Assembly: GCF_003704095.1 (NCBI RefSeq)
Contig: NW_020846655.1
Location: 62,001 to 126,000, forward strand
DNA length: 64,000 nt
Source: Pocillopora damicornis
Lineage: Eukaryota
Direction: 5' to 3'
Part shown: piece after piece, positions 47,387 to 61,300 of the stretch
Position numbering within the stretch: the stretch's first letter is position 1
How the letters are laid out: each line of letters begins with the position of its first letter
The notes under the pieces: model-generated
Told to the model about the DNA's origin: nothing
The model's input: only the letters and a program-made list of their open reading frames with translations
The model's database searches: none
Program-made: the position numbers and the translations under genes

Positions 47387-50300
47387 TGTTAATTTTTACG
47401 TAAGATGTTGCTTAACAATGCGAAATAAGAGGTTACTGGAGGCTCCAATTGACGAGAATATTTTATTTTTCGGTCGCGTTTAAGTAGCTTTAAGTAAGTT
47501 GACAATTTATAAGGAGTATTAATCTAGTATAGCTTTGTGTTTAATATTTCTTACAATACAGGGCTTTGTTGCTCTCGAAATGAAATCAAGAAATTTTCTT
47601 ACTATGGGCTTTTTTTGTTTTTGTTAACTTTTTTTTAAAGAAATACGTATGTTGTCAGTGTTATTTTCTGCACTCACTTGACAAATGTATGCTTAAAAAA
47701 ATATGAGTATTTTTCTTCTCCTTTTTTTAACATACAACACAAATTAGGTGTCGGTAGAAATGTACCACAGCGTGTTATTTAGAAGCTTGATATTAGTGTT
47801 GGTGAGATAGTACTTTGTTTGATTTTTTTTATTGGTGTATGGATTACAACAAATTAGTTTGTTAACAAAATAAGAAATAGCTCTAGAGTATAGGTCAAGA
47901 GCGGCCGCTTTTTCGACTGTGAGGCAAAATATCGGAATTCAGTATAGGAGTAATTGTTAGAATTCAACAGGCTAACACTAGAAGTAATTAAAATTAATCG
48001 TGAATGTTGATCATGTGTCTGATTGTATTTCGTCTTTATTCATGATTGTGTACAGTTAAGGTCCCTTCTGTGTAAGCTTCCGGGTCGTTGTATTGAAGCT
48101 CGTGGTTCGTAATATGCAAGGTTTAGAACCAAGGCCTTTTTTTGTTGAGGAATGCCAGCCCCCTCCCTCTCCTCCCCGAGATTAGGGGAAAAATTCTTGT
48201 CGCGTTCGGATGAAATGCAGTAGCCAGGCACGGAATGCCTGGGCCGTCTGACTCGTGCTCGACATCTTCCCCCCCCCCCCTCCTCCCACAGATCAGTAGA
48301 TCAACTATCGCACAAAAAGAACTACGTATCATCTTCGAGCGTTGAACATTGTCAAAATTAAATTAACTTGGTATTGTAGGTGCAGACAATCAAATAACAT
48401 CCCAGTTTCCTTTTGCGTCAAAGGTATATTCTTTTCCCGGGTTAATTATTATGCGAGGTCCACAACCCAACCTACTTCCATATCTATGACGTTCGTAATG
48501 GATTATATTTCTCATTGCGGACTGAATAGTAATTACTAATATATACCTTTTCTTTCGAAATCACATTAAAGAGAGAGTTTTTCTCCTCAACAGACAGCTA
48601 GACCTGAGCTTGAACTGCGTTCACAGATGTTTGAGCCCTGCAGCCATTGTTTAGGTATTTCACTGAGTCTGTTACTGGGGATGAAAGTTACGAAGGATAT
48701 GAATTTCCAAGAAGTTTCTGTCGCCCAGAGAGCCCTCAGCTCTTACCTTCACTGGTGCGGCCGCCAATTTGGTCACAAGGCTTTCACGGATCACGCTGAG
48801 GAAATTCTTTTAAAAGAAGTCAGTTCAAGAGCCTAAGAGGTGCATCTGCACTTAGCGAAAACCTAGGAATGGCTAATAAATCCAAGCATGTAGCCGGTTT
48901 AGGGCCATAGAACAGATACCTTCAATAGAAGCTGATGAAGCTAGAAGGATCTAAAGAGATAAACCTATGGCAAAAAAGAGTATTTCGCAACTGAAAGCAA
49001 TGCATGCACGCTCAAGTTAAGTTAACAGCAACTAATTTCGGGCTTACTTCACTGAGAGCTTTTTCACGAAATGTTTATCTTTGCCCCTGCAAATTAACAT
49101 TTTCGGAATGAAACTGTTTTATTGAGTATTTCATGCAAATTCGTATTTTTATCAAATGTAATTCTGATAACGCTGACAGGGTCAAAGGGTACTCAAATGC
49201 TATCTTTTTGAAGCATGGCTGCTTTCACGTACTTTCGAAAATACTTATGCCGATAACATTGACATGTAAGGATATGGAATTCCAAATAATAATAGGAACC
49301 AAAACTGATTTTTTAAAATGACAGAGTAAACCGTAACACATACCTAGATAGTTTGTGTAAACTGAATGAGAAGAAAAACTGTCAAAAACCCAACCATTAA
49401 GCTTGCGAGAACTGATGATGTAATGCTCAATGGCGTCAAAAATGTCTACACCGTTGTTATCTTCCTCTGATTCTCTGTTCTTCCCATATAACTGACATTG
49501 ATAAAGTTGAGTCCAGAAAATTAATGAATTTTAGTTTCAAAATGGTTTAGCCCAAACATACCAAATGAAGCTGAGCGCAAGAGTTCAGCCACTTCAGAAA
49601 CAGGAGCTTTATCTCGATCACCCCAACTCACCGGTGCACATGAACTTCCTTGCTAACTTGTCTTTCGTAAAGTATACGTATTTTGACCGACGGAAAAGGA
49701 ATCCAGCGATCCACCCAAACCATCGAGAGTGTATGGTTTTCTTAGTTTTATTTGTATCTGTGTTTATTTCATTTTTTTTATTCATCCGATATTCTTTTTT
49801 ATATATCTATTAATGGTTGGCAAGTTTATCTTTCTTGCTTTCTTTTCTAGTCAACGGATTTACGTCAACAGGCACCACGAGACTTTCTATTTATTTCTGC
49901 TCGGAAAAACGCAGCGTTCCCTCGTTCAAATTATTTTTAGTTTGTTTGTGTATTGTCAAAATAGAATCCAGGGGTGTTCCGAATGATATTAGAAGGCTTT
50001 CTAGGATTACTTTTGTGGGTGTTCCAGATTGTTACAGTGTTCCCAAAAATAATACATTTCTGTTCTCGACGTAGTTCACACTAACGCGGTTACGATAATC
50101 CTTTTAAGCAGTTTAGATCACCGCCTCGGAATTTTGTTAAGGATTTACGATAAATAATAACCAAGTGGGAAAGCAGTTGCACCCTTCCACACCCGAAAAC
50201 GACAAACAGTGCAAAATCAGGCAGGGAAAGCTTATGAGTCATTGTCCTGGAAACATAAGCTCAACTGCGCATAAACCGCAACTAATAGAAACCTTGTTGA

Positions 50301-50689
50301 TCACTTGAGGCTTTTCTTTGATCGTTGGACCCCCTGTGTATAACAATTAACTGTCTATGCCCTCTTGCCTAAAACGACTTTAGCACCGAATGGAACAAGC
50401 AATATTCTTGATTTTACCACCTGTCTCCCTATCATTTGCTCAGGAAGCTATTCAGTAGTAATTTGATTAGCCTGATGATCAAGCAAATTACCTAATTAAG
50501 TGAACTTTGGGACCTGAAAAGATTCAAAATTTAAAAGACGCCCTTAGGGTAAGTCGACAAACAGTAACCGTTCTGATGTTGTTTCCATTTGCCAACCGCG
50601 TCCTCGCGTCGATGAAAATCTAAATTCGTTCGTTTCCATACGTGAAAACCCGAACATTGTCGTCAAAATTTCCGTTTGTGGCAATTTTT

Positions 50690-50930
50690 ACGAATGATGA
50701 CGTCTCTCGAACTTTCGACACGTCGTAATCAAGTGGGCAGACATTGGCGTTGACAAAGCCGTATTGTATTTCACCAATCACAAATGAGTGACAAAGTCGT
50801 GTTGTATTGGACCAATCACCATTGTTCTATTATTAACTGCGTAAACCCTTGTTCTGTGATCAATCGTGCGTTTCAATGAATCTTGTTTATTACAGCGAGC
50901 AGGGATAGATGATTTCGAATATTTCAGGTA
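50690..50930 (+). promoter_or_regulatory. Possible upstream promoter/first non-coding exon of the NSP gene
   Basis: CpG-rich stretch with tgacgt (~50698), CCAAT boxes (ccaatca ~50774 and ~50812; attgg ~50743) and a strong donor cag|gtaaga near 50927. A second candidate has the ETS site cacttccgg (~52103) and donor aat|gtgagt (~52402). Confidence 0.3.
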
Positions 50931-53835
50931 AGAATTACTCTTAAGCTTTTGTTCTTTTGAGATGAGAAAACTTCGGGGCATCACACTAAGGTCTTCTGCT
51001 CTTTTGTGACCTATCACAAGGTTAGTATTTCGTGACACAGAAGCGGAATTTCTGTTCCACAACACCATAATTCGTAGAGAGGTGTTTTCGATCGTTCCTT
51101 GAGTTTATCTACAAGCTTTTCATACCTGCTTTAGTCTTTTCAAAATGTAAAGTATCATCTGTCAACAATTCGAACACGCAAGGCTTTTAATGTTCGTGAG
51201 CACATGTGGAAGTTTAATGTAAAACTCAGCGGTATAACTTGATCGTTTTGTAATCTCCTGTATGAATTACATGCATCAAGAGTGATCGCCAATACTTGGA
51301 AAGCCTTGTTTTTCTGATGAAAAATTTGAATGTGCCAAATCTTGTATCAAGTTAAAGAGGATGATTTCGCTGTTTCAATGAACCCTTGCGATTCGTTAAG
51401 AAGACGCGGCTATAAGTACACATTCGTCTTTATTTCGTTTACTCTGCCAGTTGCTTGTGTACTTACCTTCCATATTCTTTGTTTTAATTGATTTCATTTC
51501 GTATTCTGTATGCGCTCATTGTGTTCGAGGTATCAACTAATGTACATAATATAGTGGTTAAACAACTCATAATTGTGTATCTGAAGAAATTTTAGAAAAC
51601 TGATTTCTGCTTTGTGACAGGAGAGCTAAAGGAGCTGAGGCAATTATGTTTTAGCTATAAATAATGTTTAATAGTCTTTGGAGTACTTCATTAGCTGAAT
51701 TTACATGCAAATTGCTCGCTGAACATCATTAATTGCCATTCTTCGAGACGAACTCTTTTACATATAGCGCCGCATATTCCGGTTGTAACACACTATTGAA
51801 TAGAGGTTACCGAGTGTAAATAACAAAATTGCCCTGTAAATTGGCAAAATTTTCGCTGGTGTCTGCGGCTTAGCACTCGGTTTCAGCTGATTGACTGGCC
51901 TTGCTGAGAGTAAAATTCTATGCATGTTAAGAGCTAAGAGCTGGTAATAGGATCCTAGGGCAGGGCAAAGTCTTGAGCTTTTTCCAATTGCAGAGTTCTT
52001 CGTTCAGTTGAAAGATGGCACCGTATACGCTTGGCTTTGGTGAAATACGTTTCCAGTAAGCACTGACAATGCATTTTAACTCGAAAAACCGGTCGAAAAC
52101 GTCACTTCCGGTGGGTTAAGTGTATGAAAATAAAACTCATGGCTATTCATATTCATTTGATTTGTAGAGATCGTCTAGACAAAAATGTTTGAACACGTTT
52201 TTTGATTTATCCTCGGGGCAAGTTCTTCAAATTTCGGTGGATTTCGATACTTCCGAGTGGGACCCCACATTCGACGGCTCATTAGCAGACTTGTGCGAGA
52301 ACACTGGAAATTGAAGAAGAGACACCCAAATTAATAGACAAACGTCAACATTTTTTATCGTAAAATAATCTTACTTTGGTTGGTATTGGACTTCAGAAAA
52401 TGTGAGTTGCTTCTTTACCTGCTGAGAGACTAATGTTCACCAAATTATCCTGAAGAACAGAATAATTGTGTCACGTTCATTTCGTGTTGGATTAGCGATC
52501 CATGACTTTTAAAGATGATTCGGAAGGGTGTGAAATGCCATTATGCTTTTCACATTGTGAGGGTGATTAATTATTTTCTGGTCATCAGCTTCTTTAGCAC
52601 AATCTGCATTGTTTCACTTCGCTCTCGGTTATGCCACTTTCTACGCTCATCGGAAAAATCATTGCAGCATAAGTAAAGTACTTTGAAGGTTTCACTTCTT
52701 GACAAAGTTCCGGCCAGCGCTTGTATATTGTTTGTTTATCGGAAAACCTAATGAAGTAACCAGAATATTTACCGCGAGAATATACGTCAGAAAGTAAGTA
52801 TCGGTAAACCGCGGAAGATATTTGATATTTTTTTAGTATGATTCATGTTCTTCTATATTCGCCTTACACGTGCTAAATGTTTCGTTCCTTGTTGAAGGAA
52901 CCGGCCTCAACGAGTGTCGGTACGTGGTGTCTTCTGTAATAGACTCCAGGCGGAGCTTTTCATAATTTGGTATTCATCGGTAAAATCGCATTACTCAAGC
53001 ATTCTTCTTGTATAGTTTGAATATCGATAACGTTTACTTAATTTGTGGAACAGGATACTTTTTTTTTCTTTTTGCTAAAGAGCTACTAGTGACAATAGCA
53101 AGGATCAGAAACTTCCGTTTAGAACAAAGCTGTCTCCTGAGGTTTCTTATGAGTCAAGGGAAAAGAAAATCGTAGCAGACATACAGAAGTTGAATTGCTT
53201 AAACTTTCACCTTTCAGATCCGATCTCGTAATATTCTGACAGCAATGTGAAAAGTGGTCTAAATAATAGAGGAAAAATCGTCTGTGAAGACAAAAGTAAT
53301 CCTGTCAGAATCGAAAGCGAATAAGTTAATACTCTCTGCTTTTTTTCCCGGCAATGTATTGATTACTCTCTCAGTCATTTCGTCGTAAGTTATGAGTGTA
53401 ATTGGTTTAATTATCCTTTCTGATCCAAAGCAGAAGGTGCCAGTGTTCTGTTCAATGCGTGTACACGCGATATTCTAAAGCCACACTAGTTACCATAGCA
53501 ATTATCGAGCTCCTATTTAGTTAAGATTTAAAACATGTCAGAGTAAAAGACAAATAGCAAACGGGACCGTGGATTCCTGAAGTACACACTGTTGTTTGCT
53601 CTGTTTTGCGTCTCTGTTTCTTTCAAAGCGGCATCTATCGACCTCTCTCGACCGTATCATAGCAGCTAATCGGTACGGTTTCAATGGCGCCTGATTAAGT
53701 GACTTAGGCGCTCACAGCACGTATTTAGAACAAGAATGCTCTGTGAATGTTTTGCTGAATGTGTACTCAGTTGAAATTTTCTTTCAGCTTCCTGATCTCC
53801 GGTTAAGAACCGCGAACGAAAGCAAGAAGTTAGCT

Positions 53836-56800
53836 ATGTCATCGTCATCACAGACAGCCTTTCGAAGCCGGAGCAAGACTCTGCCATTGCCTTCCAGAGT
53901 TAAGATCGAGAAAAAGATTGTACAAGAGCCCAAAACAAGGTCGCCACTTTCCTTCAGAAGGTTAGTTAGGTTATCAATACTATTGTGGTGTGAACTGAAA
54001 ATATGTCCTATGCAATGGTGTCGTATCTCGTAAATTTACGTGTTCTGCATAAAATAGTTTTATCATTGAATTGTTTAATTAAGATGCGCACCGTTTAGTG
54101 GTAATGTTATCTACTAATTTTACAGACACAATTGAAATACTAAGAGGTCTTGTGTATATTACGTTAGCGGCAAATCAGTTACTGAATTTCGTAATAGATA
54201 CTAAACAAACGAAGAAACACGATAGTTTGCAGATAAGCACTGTGTGTTATTAGATAAACGTCTGGGTCTTATTTGGAAACAGCGTTTGTTTCGAAATATT
54301 TATTTTATTCCCTTTCGACGACTTTCCTCGTTCCTTCCTTGGTAAAATAAACAGATTACCTTGGAAAAAAATTGTCGCCTACATCCATGTGGTTTTGACG
54401 TAGAGGTCATAACTATTTAAATTGCCGTGACTTTTTAAACTAGTTTGAAACAAATCTTGTTTATTTTGGGGACTTAATAGCTGCACTATCAATTATTTCT
54501 CAATATAAAGTTATTTTTATTTCTTTACGTGTCACACATCTGTCAGCCTTGCGTGACAACTTAACTGCACTGCACTTTTTTAACAGTGATGTACAGGATT
54601 ATATTGACTATGCTCTTTTGTTTACAGATTAGCGGATCTTTTGAAAAGGAAGAAAAAGCGAAGTAAAGGAGCTTCTGATTCATTCAATGTGCCCTTAGAA
54701 AGGCAAACCTGGTTTCATGGAAAGATCACAGCAGATTTTGCAGAGCGTTACTTACGGCGAGACGGAAACTTCTTGGTGCGTGAAGACCCCGCAAAACCAG
54801 GCAGCTGTTTTATCGTGGTGCGCCACAAACGGTCAGCGGTTCACATACCAATTGTCAAAGTAAACTCATCCAAAGGAACAAGAATAAAGTATAGGACAGA
54901 GGAATCTGAGAACAGTTTCGATTCCATATGCGAGTTAATTCACTACTATGTAACAGAAAAGAAACCATTAACCCCGAACACTTCAGCAGTAATCACTCAT
55001 GCTGTCAGCCGCGATGCAACACTTTTGTCATCAGACGATTTAAAAAGTATGAACTCCAATCATCATAACAGGTATGTAACAAACACTGTTCCTGCTAATG
55101 CCTGTCCGCTCAATCCCCCTGGGACTGGTCCCCTGCGTCAAAGACGAATCGACAAACCTACTCGCAAGAACAGTGATCCCGGATTACATCTTGAGGTTAA
55201 CACAAATGGCGTCAAAATGCGACATTTTACAATGGATTCTCAGGTGAAAATAAATGTTCCCTCCTCCCCAGAAAAATTATCATGGACAATTCAGCCGAAA
55301 CAACGGGAGAAAATTCCCGAAGCATTCCTTGCAAAGGCCGAGAAAGAGGAAAATTTGCCATTTTATGAGACACCGTTAGGAGAAAAGAAAGTCGAGGATC
55401 TGAAGGAAACTTTACAAACGTCGGAGCCATTTTATGAAGATCCTAATGAAAAGGAAAGTTTGGAAAATTACTATGACAAACCTGGAGAAAAGGAAAAGTC
55501 ACCAACGTCAGTTGGTGACATGGAGAAAATAAAACCTTCTGATGAAAAAGAGGAGCTGGAAAAGAATGATGGCTACTACGACAGACCTGCGAATGGGATT
55601 AACGACCAAGATTTTTATGATAAACCGTCTCCCATAGAAAGCTCGGAAGAACACTACGACAAACCACCGAGACAATCCAGCCAAGCAAGCCTGTCGAACA
55701 CTTCCAGAGAACAAAGTCAGGAAGATGTTTATGATAAGCCACGACGTAGCATTGATTGCCTGTACGACACACCACGGGCCAGTCAGGATAACCTATACGA
55801 CAAACCACCCCCCAAACCAAAAAGGACTGAGTCTTTCAGGAACTCAGATCCAACTGTTTCTTCGAAAATTCCTCCCAAACTCGTGTCACGATGCAGTGCA
55901 CCTGCATTGCGGACCTATGATTCTGACGCATCTGCCCGCCGGGGTCCTTCCTTTGAAGCTCTTCCGGAGAAAAGGCATTCAGGGGCTGAGGTTTTCTTGA
56001 GGAAAGCCACTTCCAAGAATTCATCTCCAGGTGGAGTTAGCTTAGAGTCTGAAGCTTACTACTCTACGCCTCCATCAAGGCAAACAGAAAGTCCTCTATC
56101 ATCAAAATCTGACCTCGGCTCGCCTGAGAATCTAGACATATATGACGTACCAACTGAATCTGGCGCTATTTCGGAACAGGAGCTGACACCATCAAAGCCA
56201 ACTGATGGCGAGAAAGAGAACCAAACGAGTCCAAACGTGGCAGATAACAGACCTAAGCGTTCAGGTTCTGTGGACAAACAGGGAATCTTTTTAAATGTGA
56301 TGAAAAAGATTGGCGAGAACTTGCTTTCTCCGTTCCTAGAGATTGATTGCCTCGCCCTTGCGAGACACTTGACTCGGGTGGATCTGATACAACTATGGGG
56401 CGAGGAGCCGCAACGTCAGTCTTGGAGCATTGAGGATGGCACTGGAGGAGCCAAAGGCCTGGAAATTCTTACGCTTCCTCAAGGAAGGGACCAAAGGGCA
56501 CAATTACTTTCAAGGTTCGCATCTGTTAGATATAAGAATTAGAACTTAAAATCAGTTTTGCCTAAGTTTTAGGTTACTCCACCATCCTAGTCTATCAAAA
56601 GAATGTCTTCCTTCCTAAGGACGGAAACGTTATGTGTATTGATTAAGGGAAAGACTTCGTCGCACATTGATAAGGGAGCATCTTTTACGTCCCAACGAGC
56701 ACGCTACTACTCTGACCTACCTTTGTTCCTCTCATCATGTAGTTATCACTGTTCTTATCATCATGTAGTCATCATTGTTCTTATCATCTCGTAGTCATCA

Positions 56801-58374
56801 AATGAACATCCCACAAGTGTACCATACTGGTATCTCTACATATTTCTCTGTGGGGTTATTAAGCATCGCATTAGGAATAAAAACTAAGGGGGGGATAGAA
56901 GAACCACAACAGCTTTGACAGTTAACATGACAACTTACTCTTCTCTTCTCGCCATATGGCTTATCCTTCGTTTTTTTTTCACCTTCGTGCATGTTTTGAA
57001 GAATTTAACTTCCCATCAAGATATAAAAAAATCAAATATATTTGAGAAAAGTAAGAGACCTTCGTCACTCTGGTTGCCATAATTTCGTTCACTTTTCAGG
57101 GAGGAAAAAATACTTAAGCCCGACAGAGTGTTTTCTTTTTAACCGTAAACCATCGGTTATTACTCTCGCCTTTCCTCTTTTTTTTAGATTTTCTAATGTG
57201 AGACACTGGGTAGCGACATTAGTCGTGGCTGCGGGTGACCTGGGCACCAGAGGCAAAGTTCTCAAAAAGCTGATTGAGTTGGCTGACGTTCTGAGCGACA
57301 AACTTGGTAACCTGGTGTCATTTATGGCTGTTATGGAAGGACTCTCCTTACCTCAGGTACTTTTTCGTCCTGATTCACCCGTTTAGTGTACAGAAGGGAG
57401 CGTGAGCAACGGCAACAACATACGAAACGTCAACGTTGACTGAAAAAAATTGACATATATTTTAGAGCAGTCTGCAACGTATTTGGTGTGTAATAAAGTT
57501 TGCTCAAAGACTGTGCAAAATTATGAAAAAAAAGGAGACTGAGAAGAAAGGAGGTTTGATAGTTTTGAAGATTTAGTGTCGTCTTATATTGCCAGTAATT
57601 TTTCATTCATGGTTAAATTCCTGTCGAATCATCTCAAATGAAAGAATCGATGGCTTAAATTACGCCCTTGGTAAAAAATATGTTGAGTTTCTTTCTTTCC
57701 TTTCTTGCCAGCTTGAGTGATGAAATTTTGTGGCCAGTTTGTGCCGCAGTCTTTAAATATTAGGTTGATGGATGCGTGCGTGCGTGCGCGCGCGAGCTTG
57801 AGTGAGTGCGTGTGTGAGTGTGCTCTTGTGTCTCTGTTTCCTTGAATCTGTAAATCCCTAAATCGTGGTTTATCTTTAGGTAACGCGACTTCACCACGCG
57901 TGGTCATGCCTTCATCGCCAGTGCAGTTCTACCGCGATTCTCTACCACAGCACTCTCAAGCCTTTGGCGGGGCTCTTGAGCTCAGGGGCTCCTAGCCCTT
58001 TTCCCGGAGTGAGCCTTCCTTATATCATACCCTTGGTCAGGTACCTGGAAATGACCCCGGAAGAAATTCTCAGTGACTGGACACATGCTGAGGTAGACCT
58101 TGGGTTAGAAACAATATCGGCACATTTGGACTCTGGGCGCATTCTGACGCAGCAGCTTGAAGAGTTCCGCGTAGAAGCAATTAATCATCTACGCAAAGAT
58201 GACTTTGTAGTCGATGCTAAACTCATTGATTATTTCCAAGAGAAAGTCAACATTGGAAATGTGTTAGGACTGGGTCCTGATTCCACCAACCGGACAAATA
58301 AATTAAGGACTTTGCTGCAATGGCTCTCGGAAAACGCGGAACATCTCACTAGTGCAGAGACTTCTGGAGTGTAG
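53836..58374 (+). CDS. BCAR3: NSP-family adaptor (BCAR3/SH2D3C/SH2D3A-like): SH2, Ser/Pro/Tyr-rich linker, C-terminal Cdc25/RasGEF-like domain, ~891 aa
   Basis: Exons 53836-53960, 54628-56514, 57188-57356 and 57880-58374 (TAG), phase-consistent. SH2 WFHGKI..AERYLRRDGNFLVRE..FDSICELIHYYV; GEF-like LARHLTRVD..GLEILTLPQG, HWVATLVV..RGKVLKKLIELA..LGNLVSFMAVMEGLSLPQVTRLHHAWSCL. The start could lie in a further upstream exon (acceptor at 53787). The symbol denotes the family. Confidence 0.85.
57772..57822. repeat. Alternating purine-pyrimidine microsatellite (GCGT)n/(GC)n/(GT)n
   Basis: atgcgtgcgtgcgtgcgcgcgcgagcttgagtgagtgcgtgtgtgagtgtg, about 60 bp upstream of the last NSP exon acceptor. Confidence 0.7.
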
Positions 58375-61300
58375 AGAAGGGAACTTTGTACATTTATCTT
58401 ACAAGTTAGTGTTCCTGTGATCTGCTGCTGTTAGTTCATGGTTGTTGGGATGCCATTTCATATGTTTCTGTTAGGTCGTTACGAGAACACGGTTGTCGAT
58501 CTTTCAATCATGAAATTATTCTAAATTGTAATTCTGTATACTCTGGACTCTGTTTTGATTTTTTATTTACAAAGTTGGAGTTTTTTTTTTTTTTTTATGG
58601 CCAGAAAAGGGTTTTCGTTGACATGGTAATTTTCACATGTACAGTCCTTTATCTTACACTATGTGTAGTCATTTTCCACAGATCACAGGTTTCTTTTCGA
58701 AAAGTTTTTTTTTCTACTAAAGAAAAATGAGAAGATAAGCGAATATCTTTCTAATTGTAAATAAATCACCTGAATTGGACCTTGTACTGAGTTTTAATTC
58801 CGACAGTCAGAGAACTTTTCTATATATACATGAATAAAATAATTCTGTAATCTAGAAAGAAAATAAGCAATAAGAGAGAAGAAGGTGTCTCACTCTGCAG
58901 TTATTCCATAATTGCACAGTTATGCTTAAAAGAATGACTGCGTATCGGTCTTGGAAAATGTTAAAGTGAAGCCTAGAGTTGAACTCAGTGCAAATTTTGG
59001 AAACATCAAGGGTTTATTTTAAATTTTTTTTTGTAAATTTTTTAAAAATTCATTCTAGATGAAAGAATTTTATTTCAGTGTTGAAGTTCTAGCTTGTCTG
59101 GACCTCGACTTGAAAATTTTATGAATTCTGTTGATGCCGAGAACATAAGATGTTGTACACAATTGAGTTTTGAACCAGGTACTTGTAAATATCAACAGTT
59201 TTTGGTAAGAAGCTGAGAAGTAAATTAAAGAGCTTTGTGAGTTACCACTGACTGAATTTGATTGAAGCGATGCTCTATATAGCGTTTCATATCTTTCAAC
59301 TCTGCCCTTTCATTTGACTCCACTTTTAAAATTCAGTGCTATTTTAAGCCTGTACCTTAAAACCCTCCTGTGTGGTAGTGAAAGCCATTGAAACCTATTA
59401 GTTGCGTCTCCATGTCGATCTGTTTGTTATGCTGTTGCAAGCAGTTGTTCCAATTTGTACTTTAAACGAAATCGTAGTGTGTGACCTTTTATCTCAAAGC
59501 TATTAAGCAGTGCAGTTCCATGTGGTGCCGTTTATTGGGCTCTTCATGAGATGGATGAGGGTCATCTAAGACTGAACACAAACTTAGCGTGCGATCAATA
59601 ATATAACAGTGAAAACGTGATAGGAAATCCTTTTCATGTGGAGTCAATATTTGTTTTCTTGAACAAGCGGTAGCTCTAACTTTGAAGTTTTGTACAAAAA
59701 AAAAACCCCAAGTGTTCGTTTGTGTGACCATTCAAATGAATGCTATTGAGTAAGCAGTGCCTTCATGAAAATTCACCGCCCAGTTAAAAGGCTTTGTGCT
59801 GAACGCAACCCTTACCAAGGATCTGATTTGAACATCAAATCTGCCCAACAGTACTTTCCTTTACTTTGATCCTTTTAAATTGATTTTATCACCTTGGAAT
59901 TAAAACATTCGGTCATTTCAGTATTTCGCCATGCAAGAGGATAAAGGGGAAATTTTTAATTTAGTTTTATTGAAATTGGTGTGTGAAGCTTTTCTTTAAC
60001 AATTGCACCTGCTGAAAGTCTCGGCTAGCCTTTGTTCTTTATACCTAGAGTACGTTTTTAGGTGAATAATTTGAGAGAAATGAAACTGTCTTTAAAATAG
60101 CAGGATTACTCGGTAGCTAACGGTGAATTCCCAGGTTAAAACACTAAATTAATTGCTGCAACGTAGTCAAAATTCAATTTGGGACAGCACACAGTATATC
60201 ACGTGAATTCAATTGTTTTTTTTTTCTTCCCAGCTTAGAATTTATGATAACAGAGCTTTACGGTCTAGGTAGGTTAGAGAAAGGTTAGAATCAGGATTTG
60301 TTCTATCCATTCAACACGCCGAACCTTGAGGAAAGGGTACTCTTCGAGGTTATTTCTGATCGAAACGCTGACTTCCCTGGGAGCCTTGCACTTTTATTCA
60401 GAATTCCTCTTCGGTAAACTAGCGACCTATCGCTCTTCAAGGTCTTTTATGTTATTGTAGGAGGTATTGTCCCTGATTACAAAATGGGTGGCAAGCAGAA
60501 AAGTAAACTTGTCTAATTCTGATCAGTGATGAATAAATCACTTTTAATTGTTTTCACTGGTGTTTTTCGAAAATATGGAGTTACTGTTCTAGCTGGATGG
60601 GATAAAATCATTTCAGTAATTATAAAGTTGAAGGATAATTTTCTCCTTTGAAAATCAGTTGTAACTTAAGCCGCAAAAAATGAGAAGACTTTTAAGAGAC
60701 TGTCGACACGGGTACATCTTTCTAGTTTTGACAGGTCTCAGAGATCGATCTTTGGATGAAGGTTTGAAACTTCATACCCGCAATTAAGCATGTCATTAGA
60801 CACCAACTAGTTGAATTGTCACTCTGTCTCTCAAAAAAAGAAGTAGCCAAGCTGTTGCACGTGCTTCACGGCCGCATCTTTCAAACTGACAAACTCGTCC
60901 AAGTTTACATTGAGTGCAGAAATCAACTCAAGTTTCATGGCAGACTATTCCCAATTAATATTTTAACACCTCTCAGTCTTTCAATGCTTTCAACATTTGT
61001 CATTTTACTTGATTTAATCCTCGTTATCGATCCAAAACTGCCTAGAAATCGATTAACCTCATCTTTCAGAGTTTCTCATCTCCTCTACACGTGTTGTTGT
61101 TGAGATCAGTCCAGAGGAGTTACATGAAACCCTACCCACAATTCTATGGCAGAATACTCCGAAAAAAAAAAATCAAGCACTTGTCACCTTTTGGCATTTC
61201 GCGCTCTTTATGTGAGACAACCTTAAAAAGTTCGCAGGGAAAAGGTCACGGTACACGATATGAACAAATAGTGAAACGGATGGGCAAAGTGCGTCACAGA

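Noticed and set aside
47400-53700. Short ORFs between the F-BAR and NSP genes
   Set aside because: Low-complexity or hydrophobic AT-driven ORFs with no motifs; the region is better explained as UTR, promoter and first introns.
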